A stretch of DNA of 63,568 bases, counting the filler, from Octopus bimaculoides (taxonomy: Eukaryota), in NCBI RefSeq assembly GCF_001194135.2. It is 7 parts of 7 records of this genome, joined end to end, with 100 filler letters (N's around TTAATTAATTAA, not from the genome) between each part and the next. Parts side by side here need not be neighbours in the genome. Positions count along the whole stretch, not along the records: positions 1 to 18,426 come from NC_068998.1; positions 18,527 to 22,178 come from NW_026389056.1; positions 22,279 to 32,142 come from NC_068994.1; 4 more parts are not named here. One strand, 5' to 3'. Both the position numbers and the translations under genes were made by a program. The notes beneath the pieces were generated by a model. It searched no databases and was not told where the DNA came from. It saw only the letters and a list, made by a program, of their open reading frames with translations. Shown piece after piece: positions 11,775-23,330 of this stretch. Each line of letters begins with the position of its first letter. Position 1 is the stretch's first letter.

Positions 11775-12112
11775 AACTGATACTCAACCATTTTTTACCT
11801 ATGGACCCCTCTGATTACTATTTTATTGTGGAGGACTCCCATATTTAAAATCTAGTTTTATGGAGACTTCTTTCAAATTTCCTATTTTATTTTTCACACA
11901 TTAGCTTGTGTAGGTTGAACTCTGTAAAACATTAGATAAAGAAACCGAGCTGTTTCTTGCAATACATACCAATACATGCATCTAAAGCAAATTTTTTTCA
12001 GGAGTCCTTAAAATACTATTGTGGACCTACAGTATACTATTTTCTTGTGTGGACTCCCAAAAATCTTATATGGACCCTCAGGGGCCATACAGACCTCAGT
12101 TGAGAGCTACTG
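11775..12112. mobile_element. hAT-like MITE (decayed)
   Basis: Ends resemble the cagtggttctcaac-type hAT TIR (aactgatactcaacc / agttgagagctactg) with subterminal ggaccc/ggactccc motifs. Confidence 0.5.
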
Positions 12113-12440
12113 ATTTAAAGGAACAAATGAACGCCATTACATATATTTTTAAACGTGATGCTTACTCTATCAGTCTCTATTGCTGAACCTGAAGGATCTT
12201 GGTCCTTCTTTTATATNNNNNNNNNNNNNNNNNNNNNNNNNNNNNNNNNNNNNNNNNNNNNNNNNNNNNNNNNNNNNNNNNNNNNNNNNNNNNNNNNNNN
12301 NNNNNNNNNNNNNNNNNNNNNNNNNNNNNNNNNNNNNNNNNNNNNNNNNNNNNNNNNNNNNNNNNNNNNNNNNNNNNNNNNNNNNNNNNNNNNNNNNNNN
12401 NNNNNNNNNNNNNNNNNNNNNNNNNNNNNNNNNNNNNNNN

Positions 12441-12770
12441 CATCATCATCGTTTAACGTCCGCTTTCCATGCTAGCATGGGTTGGACGATTTGACTGAGG
12501 ACTGGTGAACCAGACGGCTACACCAGGCTCCAATCTGATTTGGCAGAGTTTCTACAGCTGGATGCCCTTCCTAATGCCAACCACTCCGAGAGTGTAGTGG
12601 GTGCTTTTATGTGCCACCGGCACGAAGGCCAGTCAGGTGGTACTGGCAACAGCCACGCTCAAAATGGTGTTTTTTAAGTGCCACCTGCACAGGAGCCAGT
12701 CCAGCGGCACTGGCAATGATCTCGCTCGAATGTCTTTACATGTGCCAGGAAGGTGATGCTAGGCACAGGT
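12441..12770 (-). mobile_element. SINE family C
   Basis: catcatcatcgtttaacgtccgctttccatgctagcatgggttggacg...ggatgcccttcctaatgccaacc; near-identical to 18117-18426 and 59260-59655. Confidence 0.85.
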
Positions 12771-13240
12771 GCCATCATGATTTTGCTTTCTATATACAGA
12801 TATGTGGAGAGGTTGAATTATATTTCATCCTTTACTTTGGAAGGTTCCAAAGGGCGATTTCTAACAAGATTCTTCATATTTTACTGGCGTAAAATTTTTG
12901 CGAATATGAAATTATCATTACATGTATATGGTGTGTTATGAGAATTTATGGAAAAGTATTGCATAGAAACTCAACAAGTATGTGAAAAAATGAAGAAGAG
13001 AAGATGTAGAAATATAAAAGAATTTTAATACATGCATACGATTGTTTTGAACAGCGATATAAACATGTAAATAACATGGTAGAATACTTAAAATTAATTT
13101 GATTAAATTAAATTAATTCCATATCACTGTTCTCCACAGAGCAAAAAGTATATAACAGGAATTATTATTATTATTACAGAAGGCTTGATGAAAGAAATAG
13201 TAGATAACAAAATTCGGATATACATATTTTCTCCTTATGA

Positions 13241-13281
<41 letters not shown>

Positions 13282-13364
13282 TACATATATTCTTTTATTT
13301 GTTTCAGTCATTTGACTTTGGCCATGCTGCAGCACTGCCTTTAGTCGAGCAAATTGACTTATGT

Positions 13365-13675
13365 ATATGTTAAATAAAATGAGACAACTAAGCCAAGGCT
13401 GTGTGGAATTTATAGGACATTTATAAAGAGAAAAGTAGTCTTACGGCTGTTTCTGGGATATTAGGGATATCCTTTCATCAGAGACCATGTGTGATGGTTA
13501 AATAGAGGGAAATATTAGAGTTCAATATCAGGAGTTATTTTGGAAAAGGAAGCAAATAATGAGTATATAGGGAAATAGGAGAATGAATGTAGAAATAAAA
13601 ATAAATAAAAGTGTATAAAAATGTTATAGTTGCAGTTCCATTATCCAGGACATTGTCTCACTTTATTTAACATAT
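13365..13675 (-). mobile_element. ~310-bp element with 23-bp terminal inverted repeats and an internal hammerhead fold (PLE pseudo-LTR-like)
   Basis: atatgttaaataaaatgagacaa (13365-13387) versus ttgtctcactttatttaacatat (13653-13675), one mismatch. Hammerhead fold at 13437-13486. Confidence 0.65.
13437..13486 (-). ncRNA. Type I hammerhead ribozyme-like motif (dimer type, lightly decayed)
   Basis: Minus strand: GGUCU-CUGAUGA-AA-GGAUAU(CCCUA)AUAUCC-CA-GAAAC-AGCC-GUA/AGACU. Stem I has 5 bp, stem II has 6 bp, and stem III ACAGCCGU is one change from the palindrome ACAGCUGU. Confidence 0.7.
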
Positions 13676-13685
13676 ATATATAAAG

Positions 13686-13980
13686 AAGTGGCTGTGTGGT
13701 AAGAAGCTTGCTTCCCAACCACATGGTTCTGGTTTCAGTCCCAGTGTGTGGCACCTTGGCCAAGTGCCTTCTACTATAGCCTCAGGCCAACCAAATCCTT
13801 GTGTCAGTTTGTCCCTCTCCCCCATTGCTTGACAACCGATGTGGGTGTGTTTGTGTCTCCGTAACTTAGCAGTTCAGTCAGCAAAAGAGGCTGATAGAAT
13901 AAGTATCAGGCTTACAAAGAATAAGTCCTGGGATTGATTTGTTTGACTACAGTCAAACAACTGAAACAAATAAAAGAACA
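13686..13980 (+). mobile_element. SINE family A, near full length with an internal deletion
   Basis: Both head and tail match 31417-31803. Confidence 0.85.
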
Positions 13981-13999
13981 TGCATACATATATACACAA

Positions 14000-14032
<33 letters not shown>

Positions 14033-15036
14033 CATACAAACATACATACATATATACATACATATACAAATACAAGAAGATAATTATGGACAACTGCTTT
14101 GAAACCTCTAGCTTCTATATCTGGATTACAAGTTTACATTTATGCCAATAATAACTGGAGCACCTGGTTTTGTAAATAAATGCCTGTCAGTCTCAATAAA
14201 CTTGGATTTTTACAAACAGAAATCAACCAACCAACTCACACAATACAAATACAATCTGTAATCAGAACAGTAAAAACTATGCAAGACTTATCCGAGGTTT
14301 AAAATGTGACATTGTTTTTGTTATGTACATTCCAATGATGGAACTTTGAATCTTTGTTAGAAACCAGCTCCTTCTTTGGAGGAAGAATTTATATGATTAA
14401 AAGCAGAAGAGAAACATACATATACATATATACACACAAACATATGTATGTACATACATACATACATACACATATATAAATATACATGCATACACACACA
14501 CATACTTAATCAGTATCTCATTAAGCAAGAGCAGATCTAATGATCTGCTCATGTTTAATCCTTGTCTTCTTAATTACACCTGATTAAGGAGAGATTGCCT
14601 TACATTAGATATGTAACATCCCACAAACTGTCATTCACCCTCCTTCAGGTATCCATCAGTCCCTTTCCATTGCCTTCTCAACAACTCATTACTCATGCCT
14701 TCTGCTGCCATCTAACATTACCGTCTCTATTGCTAACCTCTGTTCCTTCTCCTTCAGATCACTAACTACAGTCTTATGACTTACTACTAATCACTTTCAT
14801 AACTTATATTACCCTCGCTGTTCCTTGTAGGCAGGCCCTCTCTCTCTCACACCAAATACCTCTCTGTCTCTGTCTGTCTCTCTCTCTCTAACTCTTCCCC
14901 ACCATTCTCTCTTTCCTTGTCCTAGAATCTCCTGGAGCCAGGTAATAGGGCTAATTCTGTCCCAATACCATACTCTAATCTCTAGGTTCCACTCCCTCTC
15001 TCAGTTAAGAGGGCCTTGTCTTGCGAGTTCACGAAT

Positions 15037-15360
15037 GCTGGTGCTATGTAAAAGACACCTGTGCTGGTGCCACATAAAAAGCACTTGTGTTGGTGCCATG
15101 TAAAAGAGCACATGTGCTGGTGCCACATATAGAGCACCTGCACTGGTGCCATGTAAAAGTGAACCCCTGTTGGTGCCATGAAAAAAGTATCCAGTACATT
15201 CGGTAAAGTGGTTGGCATTAGGAAAGGCATCCAGCTGTAGAAATCATGCCAAAACAGACAACGGGAGCCTCATGCAACTCTCCAGTTTGCTAGCTCCCTT
15301 AAAACTGTCCAACCCATGCCAGCGTGGAAAACACATTAAATAGTGATGATGATGATGACG
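15037..15360 (+). mobile_element. SINE family C with an internal array of six ~26-nt units
   Basis: Units of gctggtgcca(c/t)(a/g)taaaa.gcac.tgt at 15037-15195, then the family C core and a (GAT)n tail. Confidence 0.8.
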
Positions 15361-16080
15361 ATGATGATGACAACTATCTGTCAGATATTCTCTTTACTTC
15401 ATACCATTACTGTCTCATTACACTCTACCAATACTGTCTCTTCCATTATTCCTTCAAACTCTCTCTCTCTCCCTTTTCCTCCCTTCTCTTTTAACTGTCA
15501 CCTCAATCACCCAGTTTTCTTTTCACATTCTAATTTCTCTCCTCCTCTCACCCTCTTCTTCTGCAATTGTTCTCTCTCCTATCCAGAGTAGCTAAAAGAG
15601 AAAATAATCACCCAGAATGAAAGTAGACAACATAGAACAGTGAGGGCCTCTTTTATTTTGCAGGGTGCAAGTCAACAGCACAAGTACAAGTTCCACAATG
15701 AAATGCACGAAATAAACACAGAAAAATGGCTGGTGTAAGAGTGGAGAAAATGCAAGGTCAAGAGGAGTCTTAGCCTTGTCATGGTGAGAACATGACAACC
15801 CTTATAGTGCTGGTGCATGATAAATTGCAGCCAGTATGTAATATGAAGTGGTTGGTGATCAGAAGAACATTCAGCAATAGAAAGCATGTGACACTTAACA
15901 ATGCTCCACCAAGACATGATTCTCCAGCCTGTCTTGGTGGATAATATGTCTAAATAAGACCTAATCTGGATCATAATAACCTATTCAACCATGATAGCAT
16001 AGACAGCAGGTACAAAAACAATGATTATGACAATATATATATATATTATATATATACTTTATTTAAAAGCAACAGAAATA

Positions 16081-16137
16081 TAACAAAAAAACTGTTACTC
16101 TGAGTTTCACGTTCCCATTCATCGGACAGTTTTGTTA
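16081..16137 (-). ncRNA. Compact type I hammerhead-like motif with a U4C core variant
   Basis: Minus strand: UAACAAAACUGU-CCGAUGA-AUG(GGAA)CGU-GAAAC-UCAGA-GUA/ACAGUUUUUUUGUUA. Long stem I, GNRA-capped stem II, near-palindromic stem III ACUCaGAGU. Confidence 0.68.
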
Positions 16138-16600
16138 TATATACACACACATATATACACACACACACACACATATATATACACACACACACACACATAC
16201 ACATATACATATATACACACACATATATACATGTATAGATATATGCATATACATTTCAATTGAATCCCCAACAAGTTAACATGTGGTCGCCCAACAACAC
16301 TGTAAACTTCATATAATCAAGGTGTCCTTGGCCTGAAGAGTAGCTTGCAGTCTACCCTTCATTTGGATAATTTACTACTTCTGAGGTTCTGCTGGATTTT
16401 ATCTGCTCCATTCCCTAATTTTAGAATGTTTATTCACATATGCAACAACCTCTGTTGTTATCACACTTCAATATGAGAAAAATTCTACAACCTTCTGTGC
16501 CAATAAATCACTATTGTTCCTAAAAGTTTTTTATATCTTCAATGGATTGCTTGAAGCTCACTAACTTCCAACAATTTGATCCTGGATCTTACTTTTATAT

Positions 16601-16648
<48 letters not shown>

Positions 16649-16665
16649 GCATATAAATTGAGAAT

Positions 16666-16855
16666 CATCATCATCATTGTTTAACATCCACTTTCCATGC
16701 TAGCATGGGTTGGACAATTTGACTGAGGACTGGCGAACCAGATGGCTGCACCAGGCTCTAATCTGATCTGGCAGAGTTTCTACAGCCAGATGCCCTTCCT
16801 AACGCCAACCACTCCGAGAGTGTAGTGGGTGCTTTTACGTGCCACCGGCATGAGG
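16666..16855 (-). mobile_element. SINE family C, 3' part, running into a gap
   Basis: Same 3' end and core as the other family C copies. Confidence 0.85.
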
Positions 16856-18116
16856 NNNNNNNNNNNNNNNNNNNNNNNNNNNNNNNNNNNNNNNNNNNNN
16901 NNNNNNNNNNNNNNNNNNNNNNNNNNNNNNNNNNNNNNNNNNNNNNNNNNNNNNNNNNNNNNNNNNNNNNNNNNNNNNNNNNNNNNNNNNNNNNNNNNNN
17001 NNNNNNNNNNNNNNNNNNNNNNNNNNNNNNNNNNNNNNNNNNNNNNNNNNNNNNNNNNNNNNNNNNNNNNNNNNNNNNNNNNNNNNNNNNNNNNNNNNNN
17101 NNNNNNNNNNNNNNNNNNNNNNNNNNNNNNNNNNNNNNNNNNNNNNNNNNNNNNNNNNNNNNNNNNNNNNNNNNNNNNNNNNNNNNNNNNNNNNNNNNNN
17201 NNNNNNNNNNNNNNNNNNNNNNNNNNNNNNNNNNNNNNNNNNNNNNNNNNNNNNNNNNNNNNNNNNNNNNNNNNNNNNNNNNNNNNNNNNNNNNNNNNNN
17301 NNNNNNNNNNNNNNNNNNNNNNNNNNNNNNNNNNNNNNNNNNNNNNNNNNNNNNNNNNNNNNNNNNNNNNNNNNNNNNNNNNNNNNNNNNNNNNNNNNNN
17401 NNNNNNNNNNNNNNNNNNNNNNNNNNNNNNNNNNNNNNNNNNNNNNNNNNNNNNNNNNNNNNNNNNNNNNNNNNNNNNNNNNNNNNNNNNNNNNNNNNNN
17501 NNNNNNNNNNNNNNNNNNNNNNNNNNNNNNNNNNNNNNNNNNNNNNNNNNNNNNNNNNNNNNNNNNNNNNNNNNNNNNNNNNNNNNNNNNNNNNNNNNNN
17601 NNNNNNNNNNNNNNNNNNNNNNNNNNNNNNNNNNNNNNNNNNNNNNNNNNNNNNNNNNNNNNNNNNNNNNNNNNNNNNNNNNNNNNNNNNNNNNNNNNNN
17701 NNNNNNNNNNNNNNNNNNNNNNNNNNNNNNNNNNNNNNNNNNNNNNNNNNNNNNNNNNNNNNNNNNNNNNNNNNNNNNNNTATATATATAATATTTTTAT
17801 ATGTGGGTTTTATTTTATTTTTTATATATATTTTCTTATGCATTTGTGGACTTTGATGTATTTTTTATATATGATCGTTTATTGAGGGGACTGTTGTATG
17901 TTGAGTCGTTGACCCAAATGTAATGCTTTTATTCTGTAACTAATAATTTTTTATCCCTGTCTCAATTAACTTGAGCACTTCTCTTTGCAGCCCTGTTAAA
18001 GACTAATTTGTTTCCTAATAAGAAATAATTAAGAAACGATTACTATTACCTATATATGTTGTTTATGTTGTTTATAGTTTCGGCTTAGAGCTGCGGCCAT
18101 GCTGATGCACCACCCA

Positions 18117-18426
18117 TATATCATCATCATCATCATCATCGTTTAACGTCCGCTTTCCATGCTAGCATGGGTTGGACAATTTGACTGAGGACTGGTGCAA
18201 CCAGATGGCTACACCAGGCTCCAATCTAATTTGGCAGAGTTTCTACAGCTGGATGCCCTTCCTAACGCCAACCACTCAGAGAGTGTAGTGGGTGCTTTTA
18301 CGTGTCACCCGCACGAAAACGGCCACGCTCGAAATGGTGTCTTTTATGTGCCACCCGCACAAGAGCCAGTCCAGGGGCACTGGCAACGATCTCGCTCGAA
18401 AACCCTACAAGGCCAGTCAGGCGGTA
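18117..18426 (-). mobile_element. SINE family C (young copy, CpG retained)
   Basis: Near-identical to 59260-59530. Confidence 0.85.
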
Positions 18427-18526
18427 NNNNNNNNNNNNNNNNNNNNNNNNNNNNNNNNNNNNNNNNNNNNTTAATTAATTAANNNNNNNNNNNNNNNNNN
18501 NNNNNNNNNNNNNNNNNNNNNNNNNN
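18427..18526. other. Artificial scaffold linker 44N-TTAATTAATTAA-44N (also at 22179-22278, 32143-32242, 44336-44435, 57392-57491 and 61774-61873)
   Basis: Six exact 100-bp copies. The 12-mer places stop codons in all six frames, a known linker design. Confidence 0.92.
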
Positions 18527-18624
18527 GGTATTGAGCAGAATATTTGATGTAGCCCATCTTTTATACCAAGAAAAAAATAATGTACATGATAACACTTCCA
18601 ATCAGTACTGCATCCGGGAATTTA

Positions 18625-18633
18625 TTATTATCA

Positions 18634-18697
<64 letters not shown>

Positions 18698-18718
18698 CAT
18701 TATTATTATTATTATTAT
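18625..18718. repeat. (ATT)n microsatellite
   Basis: Direct reading; it explains the poly-I and poly-L pseudo-ORFs. Confidence 0.95.
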
Positions 18719-20575
18719 ATATGTATGTGGGTGCGTGTGTGTGTGCGTGTGTGTGTGTGTGTATTTCGCAAACCCAACGAACTTTATGGAATTATTCTCT
18801 TTCAAGGAAACTATCTCGGTACATATCTGTTACATTCTTATCGATCTCTGAAACATGAAATGGCAAACTAACATTTTGCTGTGATTTTAAACACAGAGCA
18901 GCAAAAAAGGAGAAAAAAAGAAAGAAAAAGAATCTTCATTTGCAGACTATTTCGTTTGGCACTCTAGTGTTTCTACCAATTCGACGATTTTCTTTCTGAA
19001 AAATTCTATTAAAATGGTTAATTTAAATTTTCTTTTATTATCATTGCAGAAAAGAGGGTAATTTAAAACAGCAGCAGCAACAACTTCATCAACAACCGCA
19101 ACACCAATAACAGCAACAAAAATTATTTGTAAAAATGAAAATACATTATAATTCCATTTAAGTTTTATGTAATTTAGTATGCTTAGTTTATGTTTATGAA
19201 ATGTTTCTTGGCGGTCGTGTTTATTCTGTTGACTATTACCGTGACGAAATAGCTCCATAGAATACAAATGATGACACTTTGACATCAGAAATAATGTTAT
19301 TATCAAACGAATGAATACGCGAGAAAGAAATTATATTATCAATCTATTTTGTTTTAATTTTTTATTAAATTTACTTCAGAGCTATTTTTTAAAATAAAAT
19401 AAATAAATAGATAAAATATAGTAATATAAATCTCAGTCTGTCTTATAGGTGTTTTTTACGATAGCTTTATTTTAATAAAACAGTAATAAATAAAAAAAAT
19501 AAGCAGACATTATAACTTCTATAATTGAATCGTTATTGAATGTATTCTTTCGGTTTTGTTTGCTTGCTTTGGGGGATTTTTTTTTCTATTATTTGCCTAA
19601 ACATAGAACGCAACAATTTCATAAGAAAAAAGAGGGGAAAATAAAATTCTAGAGCATCCATGCCTTGTCTAACGTCATTAGCAATGAATTTGAAAAGTCT
19701 TGGCTTTTATTAAGCTACGTTTCAGTTCCGACCGCTCCGTGTTTTGTTACTCTCATTGTATCTCTTAGACTATGTAATATTAGCCAATGTATCATATCGT
19801 TTTCTTAATCTAGGAGGGTATTATTTAAGAGAGATTTAATTAATATTTCTGGCAATTCTAGGTATCATGTAGGGGACTATACAATTTTTTATGTAAGGAA
19901 CTCTTGCACAAATCTTAATTGCCAAGTGTGAAGAAACGTACCTAGCCGGAAAATTCAAACGTATCTTTACTGTGAATGACAACAATTTCCCCTTTGAGAT
20001 AATAAGCTCTGTATTTTATAGTAAGTAAAATTATAGTTTGCAAATACGTGGTATCGGATTCAGTCCCACTGAGCGGCACCTTAGGTTACTATGGGAGAGA
20101 TGACTCCAGACATAGCAATATTCTATATTTCTCACATCAGAGTTAATAGAATCATAAAAGAAATGGTGGGTTAAATAATTTAAAAATCGAATGTTTGATC
20201 AGACCATTTTCTTCGGGCATATATGAATACATAGATGAATGTATCTATGTATGCACTTTGTATACCATGGAGAACTTCGTTAATATGGATTGAATGAATA
20301 TATACACCGGCCTTTAAATTTGTTTCCTCCTCTCCCTAAAATTATATTCCTGAAGCTCTATCAGAGCGCTACTCGGTTGATCTGTATAAAGTGGATATCT
20401 ATATTACTTATTTTTTCATTGTATCTATATATATATAGTCACTTCGAGGATTTTAGATCCACATTAGGGATTAAATAATGTCAAAAATTCCACTATTCCA
20501 CTGGTTAATCACTATAATATAAGGAGAAAGTCTCGACGATATGTTAAGGATTATTATGGTAATACATATTAATAA

Positions 20576-20868
20576 TGAAAGATAGAAAATGGAGAATTAT
20601 GGATGCATAAATGATTTATTTGTATCATATGAAGATGCTGAGGTTTTTGTTTTATTTAATAACAATACAAATAAATTATAAGTGGTACAGCTCTAAAAGA
20701 AATGGCATGTAAGAAAAACCTACATATATCTTTCTGCCATTTCTATTAGAGCTGTACAACTTAATAATTTATTTGTATTGTTATTAAATTTTTAAAAAAG
20801 ACTCCGCATCTTCATATCGTACTAATAGATTATTCATGCATCCATAATTCTCCATTTTCTTTCTTTCA
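20576..20868. repeat. 293-bp foldback palindrome (MITE-like): arms ~132 bp, 27-nt spacer
   Basis: The left arm gaaaatggagaattatggatgcat...gtacagctctaaaagaaatggca is the reverse complement of the right arm tgccatttctattagagctgtac...atgcatccataattctccattttc, with scattered mismatches. Confidence 0.9.
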
Positions 20869-20879
20869 ATATATTATTT

Positions 20880-21665
20880 TCTTTTATTCTTTTACTTGTT
20901 TCAGTCATTTGTTCTGCTTGTTTCAGCACCGCCTTTAGTCGAACAAATAAAGCTCAGGACTTATTCTTTGTAAGCCTAGTACTTAATCTATCGGTATCTT
21001 TTGCCGGACTGCTAGATTACGGGGTACATAAAGACACTAACATCTGTTGTCAAANNNNNNNNNNNNNNNNNNNNNNNNNNNNNNNNNNNNNNNNNNNNNN
21101 NNNNNNNNNNNNNNNNNNNNNNNNNNNNNNNNNNNNNNNNNNNNNNNNNNNNNNNNNNNNNNNNNNNNNNNNNNNNNNNNNNNNNNNNNNNNNNNNNNNN
21201 NNNNNNNNNNNNNNNNNNNNNNNNNNNNNNNNNNNNNNNNNNNNNNNNNNNNNNNNNNNNNNNNNNNNNNNNNNNNNNNNNNNNNNNNNNNNNNNNNNNN
21301 NNNNNNNNNNNNNNNNNNNNNNNNNNNNNNNNNNNNNNNNNNNNNNNNNNNNNNNNNNNNNNNNNNNNNNNNNNNNNNNNNNNNNNNNNNNNNNNNNNNN
21401 NNNNNNNNNNNNNNNNNNNNNNNNNNNNNNNNNNNNNNNNNNNNNNNNNNNNNNNNNNNNNNNNNNNNNNNNNNNNNNNNNNNNNNNNNNNNNNNNNNNN
21501 NNNNNNNNNNNNNNNNNNNNNNNNNNNNNNNNNNNNNNNNNNNNNNNNNNNNNNNTATATATATATATATATATATACGTCGTTTCCGTCTATCAAATCC
21601 ATACACTGAACTCGGAACCATGTCGTTGGGAAGCAAGCTCCTTACCACACAGCCACGCCTGCGCC
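20880..21665 (-). mobile_element. SINE family A spanning a gap
   Basis: 3' half at 20880-21054 and 5' half at 21575-21665, both on the minus strand. Confidence 0.75.
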
Positions 21666-21861
21666 TATATATATATATATATATAATTTCAATCAGGAGC
21701 AAATAATTCAGGAGAAAAATATTTGCGAAGATATTATTGACTCTGTTCTTATCTAGTGTAACAATTAAAAATTATAGTAACAGAATCAATAATATAGGCG
21801 ATTGCTGGTCCAAAAAATAGCATTAAATAGCTGAAGGGTCAAAATTAAACAAAGGATATAC

Positions 21862-22178
21862 TGAGTATGTCCGCCTGCTTGAAATAACAGTCAAAACCCT
21901 TATTTAAATCGCCAAAATACACTGATAATAACAACAGAAATCAACCATCTCCGAGCAAACGGCTTTTCCTCATGGTAACACGTGCTGCGGAAGGTGAGGC
22001 TATAATACCAATCCAGAAACCGGTCCACGTGAGTCCAAATACTTGAATGTATGTTGCAAGTTAGTTTTGACCCGTTTGCTCGCAGACGGTTATTTCTGTA
22101 GTTATTAGTGTTTTATTTTTTTTTTCGGCGATTGAAATAAGAGTTTTGACTGTTATTTCCAGCAGGTAGACATACTTA
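21862..22178 (+). mobile_element. Element with ~100-bp inverted arms enclosing a degenerate hammerhead
   Basis: Arms 21862-21962 and 22072-22178; the outer 52 bp differ at 6 positions. The right arm is cut by the linker. The spacer holds CACGUG-CUGCGGA...GAAACCGGUC/CACGUG. Confidence 0.6.
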
Positions 22179-22959
22179 NNNNNNNNNNNNNNNNNNNNNN
22201 NNNNNNNNNNNNNNNNNNNNNNTTAATTAATTAANNNNNNNNNNNNNNNNNNNNNNNNNNNNNNNNNNNNNNNNNNNNGAGTTATTAATATTTCTAAGTC
22301 TCTCTAAAGGAGACTACGGCAGCGGTACTGGAAATTAATAGTTATCGCCAAGCCAACATGGCAGTCCCAAAATTAGGACGAAAGCTGCCGTGAATTAGCT
22401 CCAAGAAGCCATCGCCTCTAGCTAGCTATGTGACACACGAAACCTGTGTCCTTTATAACCTTCGAACAGGGGAGGTCAGCAGTGTCCCCCTGCTGGTTTG
22501 GCATCTGCAGACTAGACTAGTTTCAGGATGTTGCCCCTTGTCAATGCAGAGTAGCCAAGCCTTAGCCATATATATAAGATATACACATATATAAGTATAC
22601 AATCTATACATGGAAATTCATCTGCAGTAGCAAAAATATCACAAAATTACAGATTCAGTGAACTGTGTCTGTCAAACTTGACAGATCATTGTTTAAAATT
22701 TTAGGACTGCTGCTGCTGCTGGTACTGCAGCTGCTCCTACCACTACCCCTGCTGCTGCTTAAGCTGTTGTTGTTGTTGTTAGCGGTGGTGATTGTTTTTG
22801 TTGTTGTTGTTGTTTTGCTTTAGCTATATTAATTCATATATTCCCTGATTAAATCAGGCCTCTTCTAAATACCTCAAGCTTCATTTGCATTAAATTCCTT
22901 TCAGCCTTGAGAACTAACAAAACATTAATTATATCTACAATGTTTCTATGGCTTCTCAT

Positions 22960-23197
22960 ATTAATGAATTATATCTACATATATGTACGTGTGTGTCTAT
23001 ATATATATATATATACATATATATGTGTGTGTGTGTGTGTGTGTGTATACACACACACATACATACATTCATACAAACATTCATGCTTGCATATATATAT
23101 ACATATATATACATATATGTACGTGTGTGTCTATATATATATATACATATATATGTGTGTGTGTGTGTGTGTGTGTNNNNNNNNNNTATATATATAC

Positions 23198-23238
<41 letters not shown>

Positions 23239-23330
23239 CACACACACATACATACATTCATACAAACATTCATGCTTGCATATATATACATATATATACA
23301 TATATGTATGTATATAAGTATATGTATATA
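22960..23330. other. Probable assembly overlap duplication around a 10-N gap (same pattern at 51130-51303)
   Basis: Near-identical sequence on both sides of a 10-N gap. Confidence 0.7.

Noticed and set aside
15037-15195. CRISPR-like regularly spaced repeats
   Set aside because: The units are contiguous with no unique spacers, lie inside a SINE, and there are no cas genes in this eukaryotic DNA.
16340-16380. CUGAAGA followed by a GUAG/CUAC stem
   Set aside because: No GAAA follows the stem.
19050-19057. 8-nt micro-exon candidate (cattgcAG|aaaagagg|GTaatt)
   Set aside because: Frame-shifting length and no partner exons identified.
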